Source: Bugula neritina
Lineage: Eukaryota > Animalia > Bryozoa
Assembly: GCA_964035545.1 (NCBI GenBank)
Contig: OZ037766.1
Coordinates: 23,114,767-23,178,766 of the forward strand
DNA: 64,000 nucleotides
Direction: 5' to 3'
Below the pieces are notes generated by a model, which was not told where the DNA came from, did no database searches, and worked only from the letters and a program-made list of their open reading frames with translations. Below are positions 1 to 22,500 of the stretch, in pieces; positions within the stretch are counted from its first letter, which is position 1; the number at the start of each line of letters is the position of its first letter. Made by a program: the position numbers and the translations under genes.

Positions 1-75
1 AAGTAGTAGTAATGTAGTAGTAGTAGTAGTAGTAACGTAGTAGTAGTAGCAGTAGCAGTAGCAGTACTATTAGTA
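1..75. repeat. (TAG/CAG)n microsatellite
   Basis: Direct reading. Confidence 0.85.
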
Positions 76-206
76 GAGTACTATTAATAATAACTGTAAT
101 GGTGTGGTGGTAGAGCAGAGACTGTAGAGCACAAGAGAGATGTTTAGCAGAAGATAATTGCAAACTACTGATTTGCATAAATTGTGAAAACAACCAATCA
201 GCTCAC

Positions 207-2228
207 ATTGTAGCAGGCGAAAGCCAGATAGTCAAGAACAGACGAAGGTGAAACAGTGTGGTTTGCCTCTTGCTGGAGACGTTGGTAAGCCTCATCCATC
301 CAGATGAGAGCATGATAATTGTCTTGATAATTGTGGGCGAACGCACCGAAGTTGAAACAGTCCAACGCTACAATACATTTTATTAGTAATTCGGAATAAG
401 CATGCGGAAAGTGCCAACTTCGTATACTGTAATAGTAAGAAAGGCTCAAGCAATAAACAACAGGTTGACAAGACAAATCTATCAATTTAACCTGAAAAAT
501 AGGATAGGTATATTAGTTCATGCTATACACATGCAATACTAAACATTTCACATGCTGATTGCAAACTCTTAACTGTTGCACAGTTAACAGGAAACATTAA
601 AAATAGAATAGAATAGAATAGAATACTTTGGCTACAGATCAACACTTAAAATCTGATTACTTCCATTTAACATAACCAGCAAGTAGGAATATGTCCATTG
701 CACTTTACAAAACGTATGCAACTCTATAGCCCAGTGTTCCTCTGCTGGTTTTACTGACTTATAATGTGGCACTCTGACAGTTATTTGCAAATATTCATCA
801 ATTTAGCACAAATTTCAAACAATATAATCAATAAACTAAGCAGTGGTTTGGGGTCATGATACCCACCCGACATTGGTGGAGATCTGTTGGTAGGGGTGAA
901 GGTTCCATCAGCTATTTGCTGAGAGGTGAGTTGATACGTATCTTGTAGTCTCAAGATGGCCGCTACTACTCCTTCAAAGTCTTCTTCATCTGGCAGGTAA
1001 GGCTGATATTCTTCTAGCAGCTGCAGAAACTCTGCAATAGATAATCTCAGTGTACTCATATTTCCATATATTATAACTAATGAATAGGAATCTTGCCACA
1101 ACCAACAATGTAGAGAACTGCGTTTGATGTTTCTAAAATCAAAGTAATTATTTTATTATGTGGCTCATCCCTTTGAAAAAAATATCAACTACACCCAAAG
1201 TTTCCCTTGAAACTATTTAATATTAGTCCTGAGTTACCTTCAGAGTTTTGTTTACCAGACACCAGTTCTTTGGTTTTTGGTAAATCAGTGGTAAACGTCT
1301 TGACAAACAGGTAGGCATTAACAGGATTGGCGACGTAGCTTTCTGCGTCCACTAAAGCTGTCTCTGCATGTCTCTCATAACTGTCAGCCAATCTGAAGAT
1401 TTAAAGGTATTTGATTAAAATTCATAAGTTATCTCATAAACTAATAACTTACCTCACAGAAAATTGAAACTTGTTCCCCCTAGACCCACACTTTACCTTT
1501 TGTGAACTCATAATTTGTAAATCATAAATAAAACCCAAAAGCAGCAGTTTTAGGATTTATTCAAACTCATAAAAGTTTATAACCTCAGTGTTGGATGGTT
1601 AAATATTGCTGCTAAATGCTTGGAAATTTGTACATCAATAATGTTTGATATTTTATTGAATGCAATTGTCAATAACTGGCTAATATAGCAACCGATACTA
1701 GCATACCATCAACTAGTCCAGTAGTTTTAAAAATAACTGAATGCTTTTTTGACTGATTGAAAAATAATTTAAAAATCACATAGCTTACAATATAAACTAA
1801 TAACATCAATTTTCTGTACTAATACTTACAAATAGGTATTAGCATAAAATTGAAACTGTGAAAGTTTCAACAATAAAAATAAATTTGAAATGCATGCAGA
1901 ATAATTAATTCAGGCCAACTACAGCTGAAAATATTCTTTAGAAAACACAACCTTACACAACTATAACACTTTCCTTAACATTTGCTGCAGATATTCCACA
2001 TAGTTTTGGCTACTAAAACCAACTGAGCTAGCGTTAACCGCATACTTACTCTAACACCTTTTGCAGGCGTTCTCTTTCCAACTTCACGTACTCTCGAAGA
2101 TTTCCAGCTAAAGCTTTTTCATACTGTAAAGCTTTGGTAAGAGTGGTTAGTGCTGTAAATATTTCTGCATTCACTAAAGCAATTGCATGAGTTATTACCA
2201 ATAAGAGAATAGGACTAGGCTTGGCCAT
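207..2228 (-). CDS. P4HA: Prolyl 4-hydroxylase subunit alpha, 5' part (gene continues beyond the left edge)
   Basis: Exons 2228-2050, 1392-1238, 1031-867 and 367-207 join in frame with GT-AG boundaries. Signal peptide MAKPSPILLLVITHAIALVNA, then EIFTAL, NPVNAYLFVK, LPDEEDFEGVVAAILRLQDTYQL, DCFNFG..YHALIWMDEA..VLDYLAFACY, matching the P4H-alpha N-terminal and peptide-substrate-binding regions. The catalytic domain is not in the window. Confidence 0.92.
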
Positions 2229-3289
2229 CACCTGTAATAAAGTAGGAAAATATAACATATAAGCTGCACATGTTTACCCAATAGAGAAAAATAAGTGGTG
2301 AATGCTCACTATTAGGTCTTTTTATCAGGGGTTCTCACTGGGATGGTAATTATAAACCCATACTATGAGCGTTATATTTGATCAACAAATATAAAACTTG
2401 GTTTAATTACTGTAAATATACATTGATAAACAAAATAGTTTAACTTTAACTCTGATTGAAAATTAAAAGTGCAAACTTTAAAAAGTGTAAACCTTTATTA
2501 TGAATGTTCTAAGCAAATTGCAATTTATTATTCTTCATTGTGTTTAATTTACTTATAAATTCATTGAGATACTGTGAAGAGCAACTCACCAACTGTAATG
2601 CAAGCAAGAATGCACATTCATACCGACATGAACAGTGACCGTGAGTACGACACTCACACAAAATATGAAAACCACTTATAGTAATACTAATAGTAATAGT
2701 ATATAAATAATAATAGGTATTATTTATTTCTTATTATAGTATTACTATTAGTTATTACTTATAGTTATACTTATAGACTATCACTATAGTAAATGTTATA
2801 CTTATAACTTAGTCTCATACTAATACTCAAACTCATTATGATTATCATCGTCCAAGTCATACTGAAACTGACACTCATACTAATAATCATGCTGTCAGTG
2901 TATCATACACTCAGTTTGAATCTCAAACTGAGTGTCACACTATGACCAAGAGTGTGCAACACTGACTGTATGACTGTATAACCAGTATAAGAGTTAATAA
3001 CTATAAGTATAAGTATAAGTGTTTAAGTATAACATTAACTGCAAGTGTATGAGTATGACTTAAGTGCAAGTGTAACTGTAAGTGTATAACTATTAGCAAT
3101 AACTCCACAAATTTAAAAGTAAAATCAGTGACTTGCTTAGTATTTACTTTTTATACGTGGCTTTTGCCTGTATTGTAAAAAATCTTATAGGTACATTCAC
3201 ATTGAGTTTGACACTGATTGTACCATCTACATAAATTTGCGAATCTTAAATGCATGTGCCTACGTGACAAATAAACAAGCTTATTTCCG

Positions 3290-3470
3290 GATTATTGTGT
3301 AAAGCTCTTTGATTGGCTGGAATAATGTTTTGTAACGGGCTCGCTATGTTTTAAAGAAAAGTTCACTAAACGCTTCGCTAAATTTACCCCTTGAGGGTTT
3401 CTGAGAATTGATTTGTGGAGCAAACAACAAAATTTCCCGCTAAATTAACCCACGTGGGCCCGTGCTCATC
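3290..3470. promoter_or_regulatory. Candidate bidirectional promoter for P4HA and HELLS
   Basis: CpG-containing island between divergent genes, flanked on both sides by low-complexity AT-rich tracts; reverse CCAAT box (GATTGG, 3311-3316) and E2F consensus TTTCCCGC (3433-3440). Confidence 0.4.
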
Positions 3471-5327
3471 ATTATGATAGATTATTATTGAATCTGAAAT
3501 GGAATCTTTTGCTACATTTTTATTCTAAAACATATGCTTTTCTCAGTTTCTCCATTACTGCACATACCTCTAAAACTTTTTTTGTTTTATAATGATTAAT
3601 ATGAATAATTTAAATTATCTGAATTATGTACTCAGCGTACTGGTTATCTGGTACATTATGATTATCATTATGATTATCATTATCAAAATTATTATCATTA
3701 TGATTATTGTGATTATGGTTTAAAATTAATAAATTAAAATCACTTTTTTAAAATGGTTGATTCAATGATTGTATTCCCATTACCCATCACTTATTAGTCA
3801 TTAGTCTAATCAGTGATTAGTCCTTACTCTTAGGCTTAGCCCATTAATATATTCTTTATCATTATGGTTATGATTTACTGATTTAGTTTTACTCAAAGTC
3901 CAAGTCTTGCTCTTAAGTCTCAACTCCCAAACTCATGCTCATAGTGATAGCCAGACGATACTCATGCTGATGCTGTTTTAGTGAGTTGTGTTTCAAATTG
4001 TTCAACTTCAAAATGAAATGAAAATCTAAATCAAATTGAATGTGTTATTGAATTTGATAGTAGTTAACTTTAATTGAGTTTGATTAAAACAAAATCTAAC
4101 AGTAACTAAAACTAATAGAGTAATAAATAATATTGAATATTAATCATTTAATGCTTGTTCAGTTGTTGCAGTTAATATAAAATTAAATATTATTGATACT
4201 AGTTTTAAATAGTAAACATACTTATAGTAACACTGTTACCATTAGTATTTGTATAAGTATTACTAATACTAATAGTGATACTAATATTGTATTGCTAAAT
4301 CTAGTAGTAATATTAATTGAAAGTAATTGCTAATTATTAATTTCAATATTTAATTGATATTCTAGTTACACTGATGAAAATATTGATAATATTATGATAA
4401 TGATCATTAATCACAATGATAAGCGCTATCAGTATCACCTTGCCTCATTACATTTCAATTTTTGGAATACACTAACACATTGACTTTAAGTTTGACAGCC
4501 ATTTTGAATCATAGGTTTGGTAAATTTTCTTTTGAACTAAAACCATGTTAGATATTGTTGTAGTTTTGTGCACTACGGGATTGGGGCATTATTGTATATA
4601 TGAATTACTGCTGCATGATTTACTACGAGGTTTATGAGAAAAACCAAAGTAGTTAGCGTTGATAAAAGATTTATAGTTCAAGTCTAATTAGATATAAGTA
4701 GAGTTATCAACAATGGCAAAAAAATACACATATAGAACAGCTACACAGTATTATCCTAGTCTACATGACAGTTATCCTCCGACTGAGACTGGGCGCTGGA
4801 AGGCGCTGTTTATATCTGAAGGGTTGGCCTTGATTGGCCGCTGTAGGTTCTGGCGGTGCCACAGTACAAAGTGACGTGGTGAGATTGCGGCATTGCTAAT
4901 GGAGTTATCGTCTCTTGGAACTTTTACATTATAATATAATATCATAATAATACATGGGAGGTTGGGGAGTATACTTCCCACAGCCACTGCAATATTTATC
5001 AGATTTCAAATATCTGACTTCAATATGATAATCATTATGATTAAATATGGTAATTTATGAATCTTTTTTTTCCTATAGCTTTACAGTCCTAGTTCTAAAA
5101 AGAAGATAACTGCTAATAACTGTTGCAAAAACTCATTTCATCAACATTGCCTGTTGGAATTTTGTGAAGTAATGCTTTTTTCATACTTTTAGTCTACTCC
5201 ATAAGAATAACTTTAATTTTTTTGTAGCGGCTGGTCAAGTATTTATAAATCTCTCAATTATAGCAGAGCACTACTCTGCTATTGGATATTTAATCTCTTT
5301 GGTGTCCTACAGATTTAAAGGAATAGC

Positions 5328-14721
<9,394 letters not shown>

Positions 14722-15480
14722 AAATAGGAATATTGTTTTATCATTTTGACTTTTCCGACTATTGGGACAGTGCTATTACTTCTCCTTGCTCAATATCAAG
14801 TTTACTTGGTTCGTTACAGTTTATCATATATAGAATCTCATTAGTCAAATCTTATATTTACATGTAACAAGCACAGCCTCTATATATCATCTTGCCAAGT
14901 ATCTAAGGGCTCGTGTCTCTCAAACTCTTCTATATAATACCCAAGTTTGCTCTGTAATCAACACAAATTTTTTACTTAAATCATTATTTTGATAATCCTA
15001 ATTTTTTTTAGTTTTGTTAAATATCGCTCAATTCGTTAGTTTTATATTTTCATTCAAATAAATATTTTAGGTGTCGGTAATGATTGTTCTCATAATTATA
15101 ATGTTTGATCCCAATTATATCCTGTGCTACTTTCTCAGCCCATTGACCATGGCCATTGTGGCTGCTGGTTGGTGCTATCAGGCATATCCAAGACTTGAAG
15201 TCAACGTAGGTTTGTATTTTAATCTGCTGCTTTAAAAACCGTGTTACCAAACTTTGTCGAAACATACTTGAGTGCCAAAGTAGAAAAGAAATAACTTAAA
15301 CAAAACTACCCATCATATTATTATTTTAACAAAACAAACCTATTAAATACATTTAGTTGGCAACTTAAAACATAAATATTATTATAAATTTGTAGCTAAT
15401 TTAGTTCATATGCCCAACTGTAAGCTAGTACAGTTGGCCACTAAAGTTTTTGACTTCATTTAAGTGTCAACATGGAGAAA

Positions 15481-15690
15481 TACGGCCCCTGTTCAGTAAT
15501 CAGTACTTCTTGTGTTTTCTAGAATGGACATAATTTTCAACTAGATATATCCTATATTTGCTGTTGAGTTGTATGCGATATTCTTTGAGCATAGAATCTC
15601 AATTTTTACTAGAAGGCAATAATTATGGCTATTGGCAGAATTTGAGGAGAGGGGGATTCAAAGATCTATGATCTGTTAGAAACAGGGCGT
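15481..15690. mobile_element. Possible MITE
   Basis: Imperfect inverted termini TACGGCCCCTGTT and AACAGGGCGTA around AT-rich sequence. Confidence 0.3.
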
Positions 15691-18600
15691 AAGTTGCCGA
15701 GCATGATTCCCACACTGGATCTTCACTAGTCTCTGTTTATGAGCAGGGTGTGAAAAGTTATCTTGTTGAAGCTCTTCATCACAACATATTAACACTCATT
15801 TATATGAAAATTCCATTTTTAGTTTTGTGAAAAACTGAGATGCTGTAATTTTAAGTAGTGGTAGTTGTTAGTTTGGTGAATTGTTTACATATTTACTTGC
15901 TATTATGCATTATATCTGGCATTATATATTTCTCACAGTCAACTTCCATAGTTTCTAAGTGTTTAGTAGCAGTCATTAATTTCAGCAGGTATTCTGTGAT
16001 CTAAAATTCAAAGGTTCTTTGATAACATGTTCAGCTAATTCCTAATCTGAGTTTGATATTTCAGTTTGATCATGCTGATTGTCAAATGATGCTAATGTTG
16101 GAACATTGTTGTTTTGAAAGGAAAGGATAATTGTGGAATGTTTATGATTGATAGTGTTTTAATGGAGGTACAGGTTTTGCAATAGTTGAGTTTTCAGTAA
16201 ATAATTTCACGTTGGTGATGCAATTAAAATGGTTACAAACACCAGCACTGGGTTTACCCATTGACTCAAGTCGAGTGTCAAACTTCTAGTGCTTGGGGTT
16301 ATTAAAAAGCTGTTTATATTTGTTTCACAATTACTGAAATATCATCTCAGTATACACTAGGTATCTAGATAGATTTTAATGTTGGAAAATTATCATCTTG
16401 AATTTTGGAGCACATTTCAATTCTGTTGAGCTGTGAACAGCCAACATGAATTAGTGCAGAGGTGGGCGGTGGATTTCAAGTCAAATAATGCAGTCGTACG
16501 TTAAACCCAGTGACTTGTGCACTTATATGTCGTATGCTGTTATACCCATTCAGTCTCCATCAACTCTCATTGCTGTATAAAGATTATTCTAATGACATTG
16601 ATTGTAGCTTTCAAAAGTTCACTCATCATTGCTGGCTAATGATTGATTTTATGAGTGTGTTTCATGCTGTGTATTGCATTTAGTATATAATCAATAGTCA
16701 TAAGTCATAAACTACTCTGCTATAACATAATCTCATATACCCTTTCATTATTATATATTATAGTATAGCTGGCACATGTTACTAGCAGCAATATATTCAA
16801 CTCACTGTTTTGATCACCTGACCATGTATATATGAAAACACTCTCTGGTAAGTCTTTATATGCCATCAGCCATATTATTGTATTATATGTGAATCTTCCA
16901 AATAGTATTTCTTGGATTATGTCACCCTACTTGAATATTGTTGGCAAGCTTTCTGTACTTGAGAAATGTTGCATAGTTTGCTTTAAAGTCCATTTTCTTC
17001 TAATTTTAGTAAATACTTGTCATACTAGTATATAGTTTGAATGGTTAAAGCCTTTTGCTGTTTATTCTGTGCCTCATTCAAGTTTATTCTCAGAAAATGG
17101 TGATTTTGTTGATTGTACTTTACAAATAGATTTGTTATATCAGACCATTCAGTATGTATAAACATCAATATTGGACTCTCACTAGATTTATGTGTCTTCA
17201 GTTTTTATTTTAAAATTCCCATTTAGAAAGAATTTAAGTTATTTGCATAAATGTCAACTTGAAAATTAACTTTTACCCAAAACCTTTTATATATCAAATT
17301 AAAGTCTTTCTAAGAATATCAGGTGTACCAATGAAAAGTATGTAGCTCATTAATACATGTATATTAAATTTTCAATAAGCAAATAGCAAGCTGTATATTG
17401 TATAATCTTTCTACTATGAATACTTGTTGTGTATAAAAAGCATGGTGCTAGACGTTTAGTAAGTGACTGTTGTAGTATTACTATAATACTGGTTCAGTAA
17501 GTGACTGTTGTAGTATTACAATAATACTTGTAGGACAGCCTACAAAAATAGCATCTACAGACTGTAAAGGGAGTGACAATTATCTTAGTATATGCATGTA
17601 TAATGAACTTTCCAATTATCATCAACTGTTAATATTGATTGTATAATTATATAGCCCGTAGATGTGTGAATAGAGTGTTCATATTACAATTCAGGTATAA
17701 TCAACTCAGCTATACACTGCATCTCTGCAGGCTATACCCTATCTAATATACATTATATAGCGATTAAGTTCAACCTAAAGTGCATGTATCCTAGTTGCTT
17801 CTCTACTAATTCTGAGTTGGCTTTTAAAACACAATTCTTAGCACAGCTAGCGTTAAAACCAACTTGTTGGCATTTGAAAAATTAGATGCATTCTTGAACC
17901 AAAATATAAAGGGTGTAAGCTAAGCTCATGAGTTTTCTCCCCGATGTGACCTCTCAATACAGCATATTACTTGCATATAATTTGACATGTGCCAACACAT
18001 GACTACAACATGTATACACAAATAATTAAAGTTCTTATTTCATTAATTTGGATAAAATTTTATAAAGGAGTGCTACTTTGTGTGTCCCAAGTTCAACCCT
18101 TTAGTCTATATCTTTGTTCAAGGTGTATATATACATACATAAATATGTCTACATATGCTTGCATATAAGTACATATGTAGATACATATGCATGTATAATA
18201 TACATATATACATGCATGCATATATACATATTTATGTGTGTGTATATGTATACACTGTCTTCAATACAGCAATTAAGTGATATGTCAACGCAGTGACACT
18301 ATTTACACTGATACCAAATCTCCTTTTAATCTGCCCTTTTTCAACTTAGCACATCTTCTACACGCTACACACTGCTAGCCAGGCCTATATCCTAATACTC
18401 AATGCATACTCTATTACAGCTACTGTAGATATAATTTTGCAGGGGTGTATATAGAACATTGAGTAGTCAAGAAAGAAATTTTCTGTTCCAGATGTAGGAG
18501 ATGAGACTGTGTGGATTAATAGAAAAACTAACAGCTATATGAGCCAGAACACACATAGAAAATGAAGATTTATACTGTTTTGGGTTCAGTGTTACTGAAT

Positions 18601-18807
18601 ATATGGATGTGTGGTTTTGTATCTGCACAGTACAAGTATGGAGGTGAGAGGACTTCTGTTTTATTACAATTTTATGTGTCAAGAATTTTGTATGTCTTGT
18701 GATAATGCAAGATGTGGTGATAATTGCTAATTATTGTTTTATATTTATTAATGGTGTTTTATTATAGTTCATAGCATTAATAACAATAGATAGTTGATAA
18801 TGAAAAT

Positions 18808-19023
18808 GGAAGCAGGGGTGGTATAGGGGTTAGAGCGTTTGACTTAGTAAACACCAAGTCATGGGTTCGAACCCCAGCAAAGGCCATTGGTCAAGTTAGG
18901 AAGAGCATCCAGTCATAATTGCTCCTGTTCTACATCTGAAAAAGTCCTTAGCCCGATTTAAAAAACCCTTTCCATCAGGAGTTTTCTCACAGAGATAGTG
19001 ACTATAAACTCCCGTGAATGTTA
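18808..19023 (+). mobile_element. tRNA-derived SINE
   Basis: A-box-like TGGTATAGGGG and B-box GGTTCGAACCC; body GGCCATTGG..AGGAAGAGCATCCAGTCATAATTGCTCCTG..CCCTTTCCATCAGG shared with the other copies; flanking direct repeat ATAATGAAAAT (18797-18807 and 19024-19034). Confidence 0.85.
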
Positions 19024-19187
19024 ATAATGAAAATAGATTTACATAATTATATCGGAGTTATCTTTTCTTTGCTTCTACAAATTGTATTCCCACTACATCA
19101 CAAGCCACAGTGCTGTACTTGGTGTAATGATAACTCATTATAATACATATACATTGACTAATGGCCACCCGTATACATTGCTAACCC

Positions 19188-19246
19188 CCAACTGCAGATG
19201 CTATACATACTAACCAAAGGTTAGTATATATAGCATTTGCAGTTGG
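19188..19246. other. Near-perfect 28-bp hairpin with a 3-nt loop
   Basis: CCAACTGCAGATGCTATACATACTAACC-AAA-GGTTAGTATATATAGCATTTGCAGTTGG; two non-Watson-Crick positions. Confidence 0.85.
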
Positions 19247-19519
19247 CAGCTCATTGAACAGATCAGCTGCAAATCTCTGCAGTTATCAATAATTCATAAT
19301 CCAGCCATACTTAGCTGTAATTCAAGACTTGACTTTGCATCAATTACTATACACATTCTATACTTGATGCATTGTCTTTCTGACTATACATACCTATACA
19401 GGTGACTTCAACATCAAACAACATTATTTACTTTACACTTTAATTACTTCAAATTCAATCTTCACGCATGCCTTAAATCACTTTTGCTGCCGGGCATAGC
19501 TACGTCTGCTGTCGCTGCC

Positions 19520-22500
19520 ATGGTTTTCTCTGCTTGTCTGCTTCTCTACTCTGCAATAGCCTCTCTAGCTTCCTCTGTTTCAGGTCAGCCGGGAATGGAT
19601 TTGTCTCAAAATAGCTCAGGTTTGTAAAGCCAGTAGAGTAATTTAGGGCTGTGCTAATACCGCACCCATAATTTCACTCGAGCTTTTATAGACTAGCTGC
19701 TACAAGCAATTGTTTATGTTTACAGGCAAGGACTGGCAACAGGTTGATAGTTATATACAAGTAGCTAAACTTGTATATTTACATGCTATCTTTGTATATT
19801 ATGTTACAATGTAGTGTAGGCTAGAGCCATGTTACTTGACAAGCAATAATACTGCAAGCTGAGACATACTATATCATTAGTTTATATCAATTGATATGCT
19901 CTACAGCACATAATATATGCTATTCCACACACATGCTATTCTATACTCAGTATATGCTATTTCATACACATGCTATTCTATACTCAGTATATGCTATTTC
20001 ATACACATGCTATTCTATACTCAGTATATGCTATTTCATACACATATTATACACTATTTCATACACACATATGCTATTTCATACACACATATGCTATTCC
20101 ATACATATGCAATGTATGCTATCCCATACACACATGATATGCTATTTGATACATACATTATACATTATTTCATACACAATAGATGCTATTCGAAACACAT
20201 TACATGCTATTACGTACGCAGTACCCAATATCATATGCTATCCAATTTGTTGTGTGTTTCTAAGGGTAGTATATGCTCACCAACACCTGCCAGTAAACAT
20301 ATTAGAGTATTATTTCCCATCAGCGCCTAGAGAATGTAATCATGCAGCAATGTATAATATCTGTAGGGTTACTGTAATATATCATATCAACAGCATAGCT
20401 ATAGAGTTACTGTAATATATCATATCAGTACCATAGCTATATAGTTACTGTAATATATCATATCAACAGCACATCTTTAGAGTTACTGAAATATGCCATA
20501 TCAATACCATAGCTATAGGGTTACTGTAATATATCATATCAATACCATAGCTATAGGGTTACTGTAACAAATCACATCAACAGCATAGGTTACTGTAAGA
20601 TGCTAAAATGTCGTAGCCAGTATTATTTATTGAAGCTTCGTAGTTCAACTGTGAGATACTGCATGAAGCAATTAGATAAGAAACCCTTTTTGTAGTCAAC
20701 TCTACTGAAATAGTGGGTATAGACTAAGATCCAAGATGTACAACACCTAATTTATATGATTGTAGAAATACTTACCTCTGGCACCACATACTGTAAGAAC
20801 ACATACTACAACTGGCCAGCTTGCAGAGACACCCCAAAGGGTTACACATGTATATGTGGGCCTGGTTTCTATTGGAACACTCACATATGTATATGTAAGT
20901 GTGTTATGTTATATACACAATAATCTGAATAAGTATATCATACAATTTCTATCGTACATAATACAGTACTCCCTCCATATCTCACTAAGCTACGGGTCCT
21001 CAATTTGTGACATAGTGGACACCATAGGGCATAGGCTATATATTTTCCGAATCTGTTAAATTTGATCATTTTGTCCCTATACACATACATAAGCCACAAA
21101 ACAGGGGACCAAGCCCTTTTCATGGCCTATGGGATTTTGTGGGACCGGGAACCGTGAGATACAGAGGTAGCACTGGATAATATATATTGCATGCTATTAT
21201 TCTGTGTGTGTGCGTGTATGCGTGCGTGGTCTCCCAGACAAACTTGTCCTCCATTAAACTTTGCTCCAACATTTCCTACAACTTCTCTAGGTACTTTCTT
21301 CTTTCTTTCTAATTTTCCACCACCTGATCTTCTTAAATGCAAGCACTGTGTAATGGCACACCAGCTTGCCACTGCCTCTCCAGGTATAACCTGACAGTTC
21401 TTAACATAACCTAACTGCGTCCTCCTAACTCTAAGGCCATCAATTACTGTCGCATTTCCCTACTCTCGAATTATTTAAGGGCAGTAGTGGAGAAATTGAG
21501 ATGAACTAAATTCTTTAATTTCATTATTAAATTTTGATTTGGGGCGTTGAAATTCTTGTGAGAACATAACTTCTTTTGCTACATTTCTACTCTAGAGCAC
21601 AGGCTTTTCTCAATTTCTCCATTACTGCACCTACCACTCTTCAATGTAACCAGCTTTTCCTTATCCTGAATAAAGAACGTATTCACACTTGCTATATCAT
21701 ATATCTATGCTATTCTCAGTATCCAAATACCCTCATAATTTCTCCTACCAACTGTCTTCCCTCTATGCCATCTTTTAAATGCACTTCATTGTTTACCCAC
21801 TGGCCTATTTAAATCTCCTGTCACCACCATCTCTTCACACTCATGTATAGTATTCATCTCTTCTTCCAGTTGGTTACAGAAGTGATCTTTCTTCTCCGGG
21901 TCACAGCCTTGCTGTGGTGCATGTACCAATATAATGTTGTATGTCTTGCCTGGGGTGGATAGTGAAGTGCCACGATCCTGTCTGATGTTCACTTTACTGT
22001 AACTACTCTTTCCACTCTTTGGTTTTTCCCTACTGTGTAGTCTAACTTACAACTGTATCCTATGTCCAGGACACATCATGTAATATATAATAATGTCATA
22101 TATGTATTTGAATATACTGTACTACAAACTGTACTATAACGACACTTGTTTTAGCCGATGCTGTTGACTCTAGACTGGAATTTGTCTCCCCTCAGTTGCC
22201 AGATCCGAAATCAAACCAGAAGCCAGCCTTTGCCTACACTCTGCTGCTCAACAAGCCCTTCCCTCAGCTCCCAGAGTTCACTATGTCCATGTTCTTAAAC
22301 CCGGTTCCTGGATCACAGGCTACCAGACAATGCGTCTTCTCATACAAGTATCAAATAAAGGGTGGGTATGTCTACGTTCTCGTACAAGTATCAAATAAAG
22401 GGTGGGTATGTCTACGTTCTCGTACAAGTATCAAATAAAGGGTGGGTATGTCTACATCACGCAGGTCATTTGTATCAAAATTGAGAACTTTTGCTATTAG

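Noticed and set aside
18808-18885. tRNA gene
   Set aside because: A and B boxes are present but there is no convincing cloverleaf, and the sequence continues into a shared SINE body with target-site duplications.
20696-20716. Possible 21-nt phase-1 micro-exon (VNSTEIV) in the aGPCR
   Set aside because: The donor GTATAG is weak, the following intron would be only 49 nt, and the frame is complete without it; it cannot be supported without transcripts.
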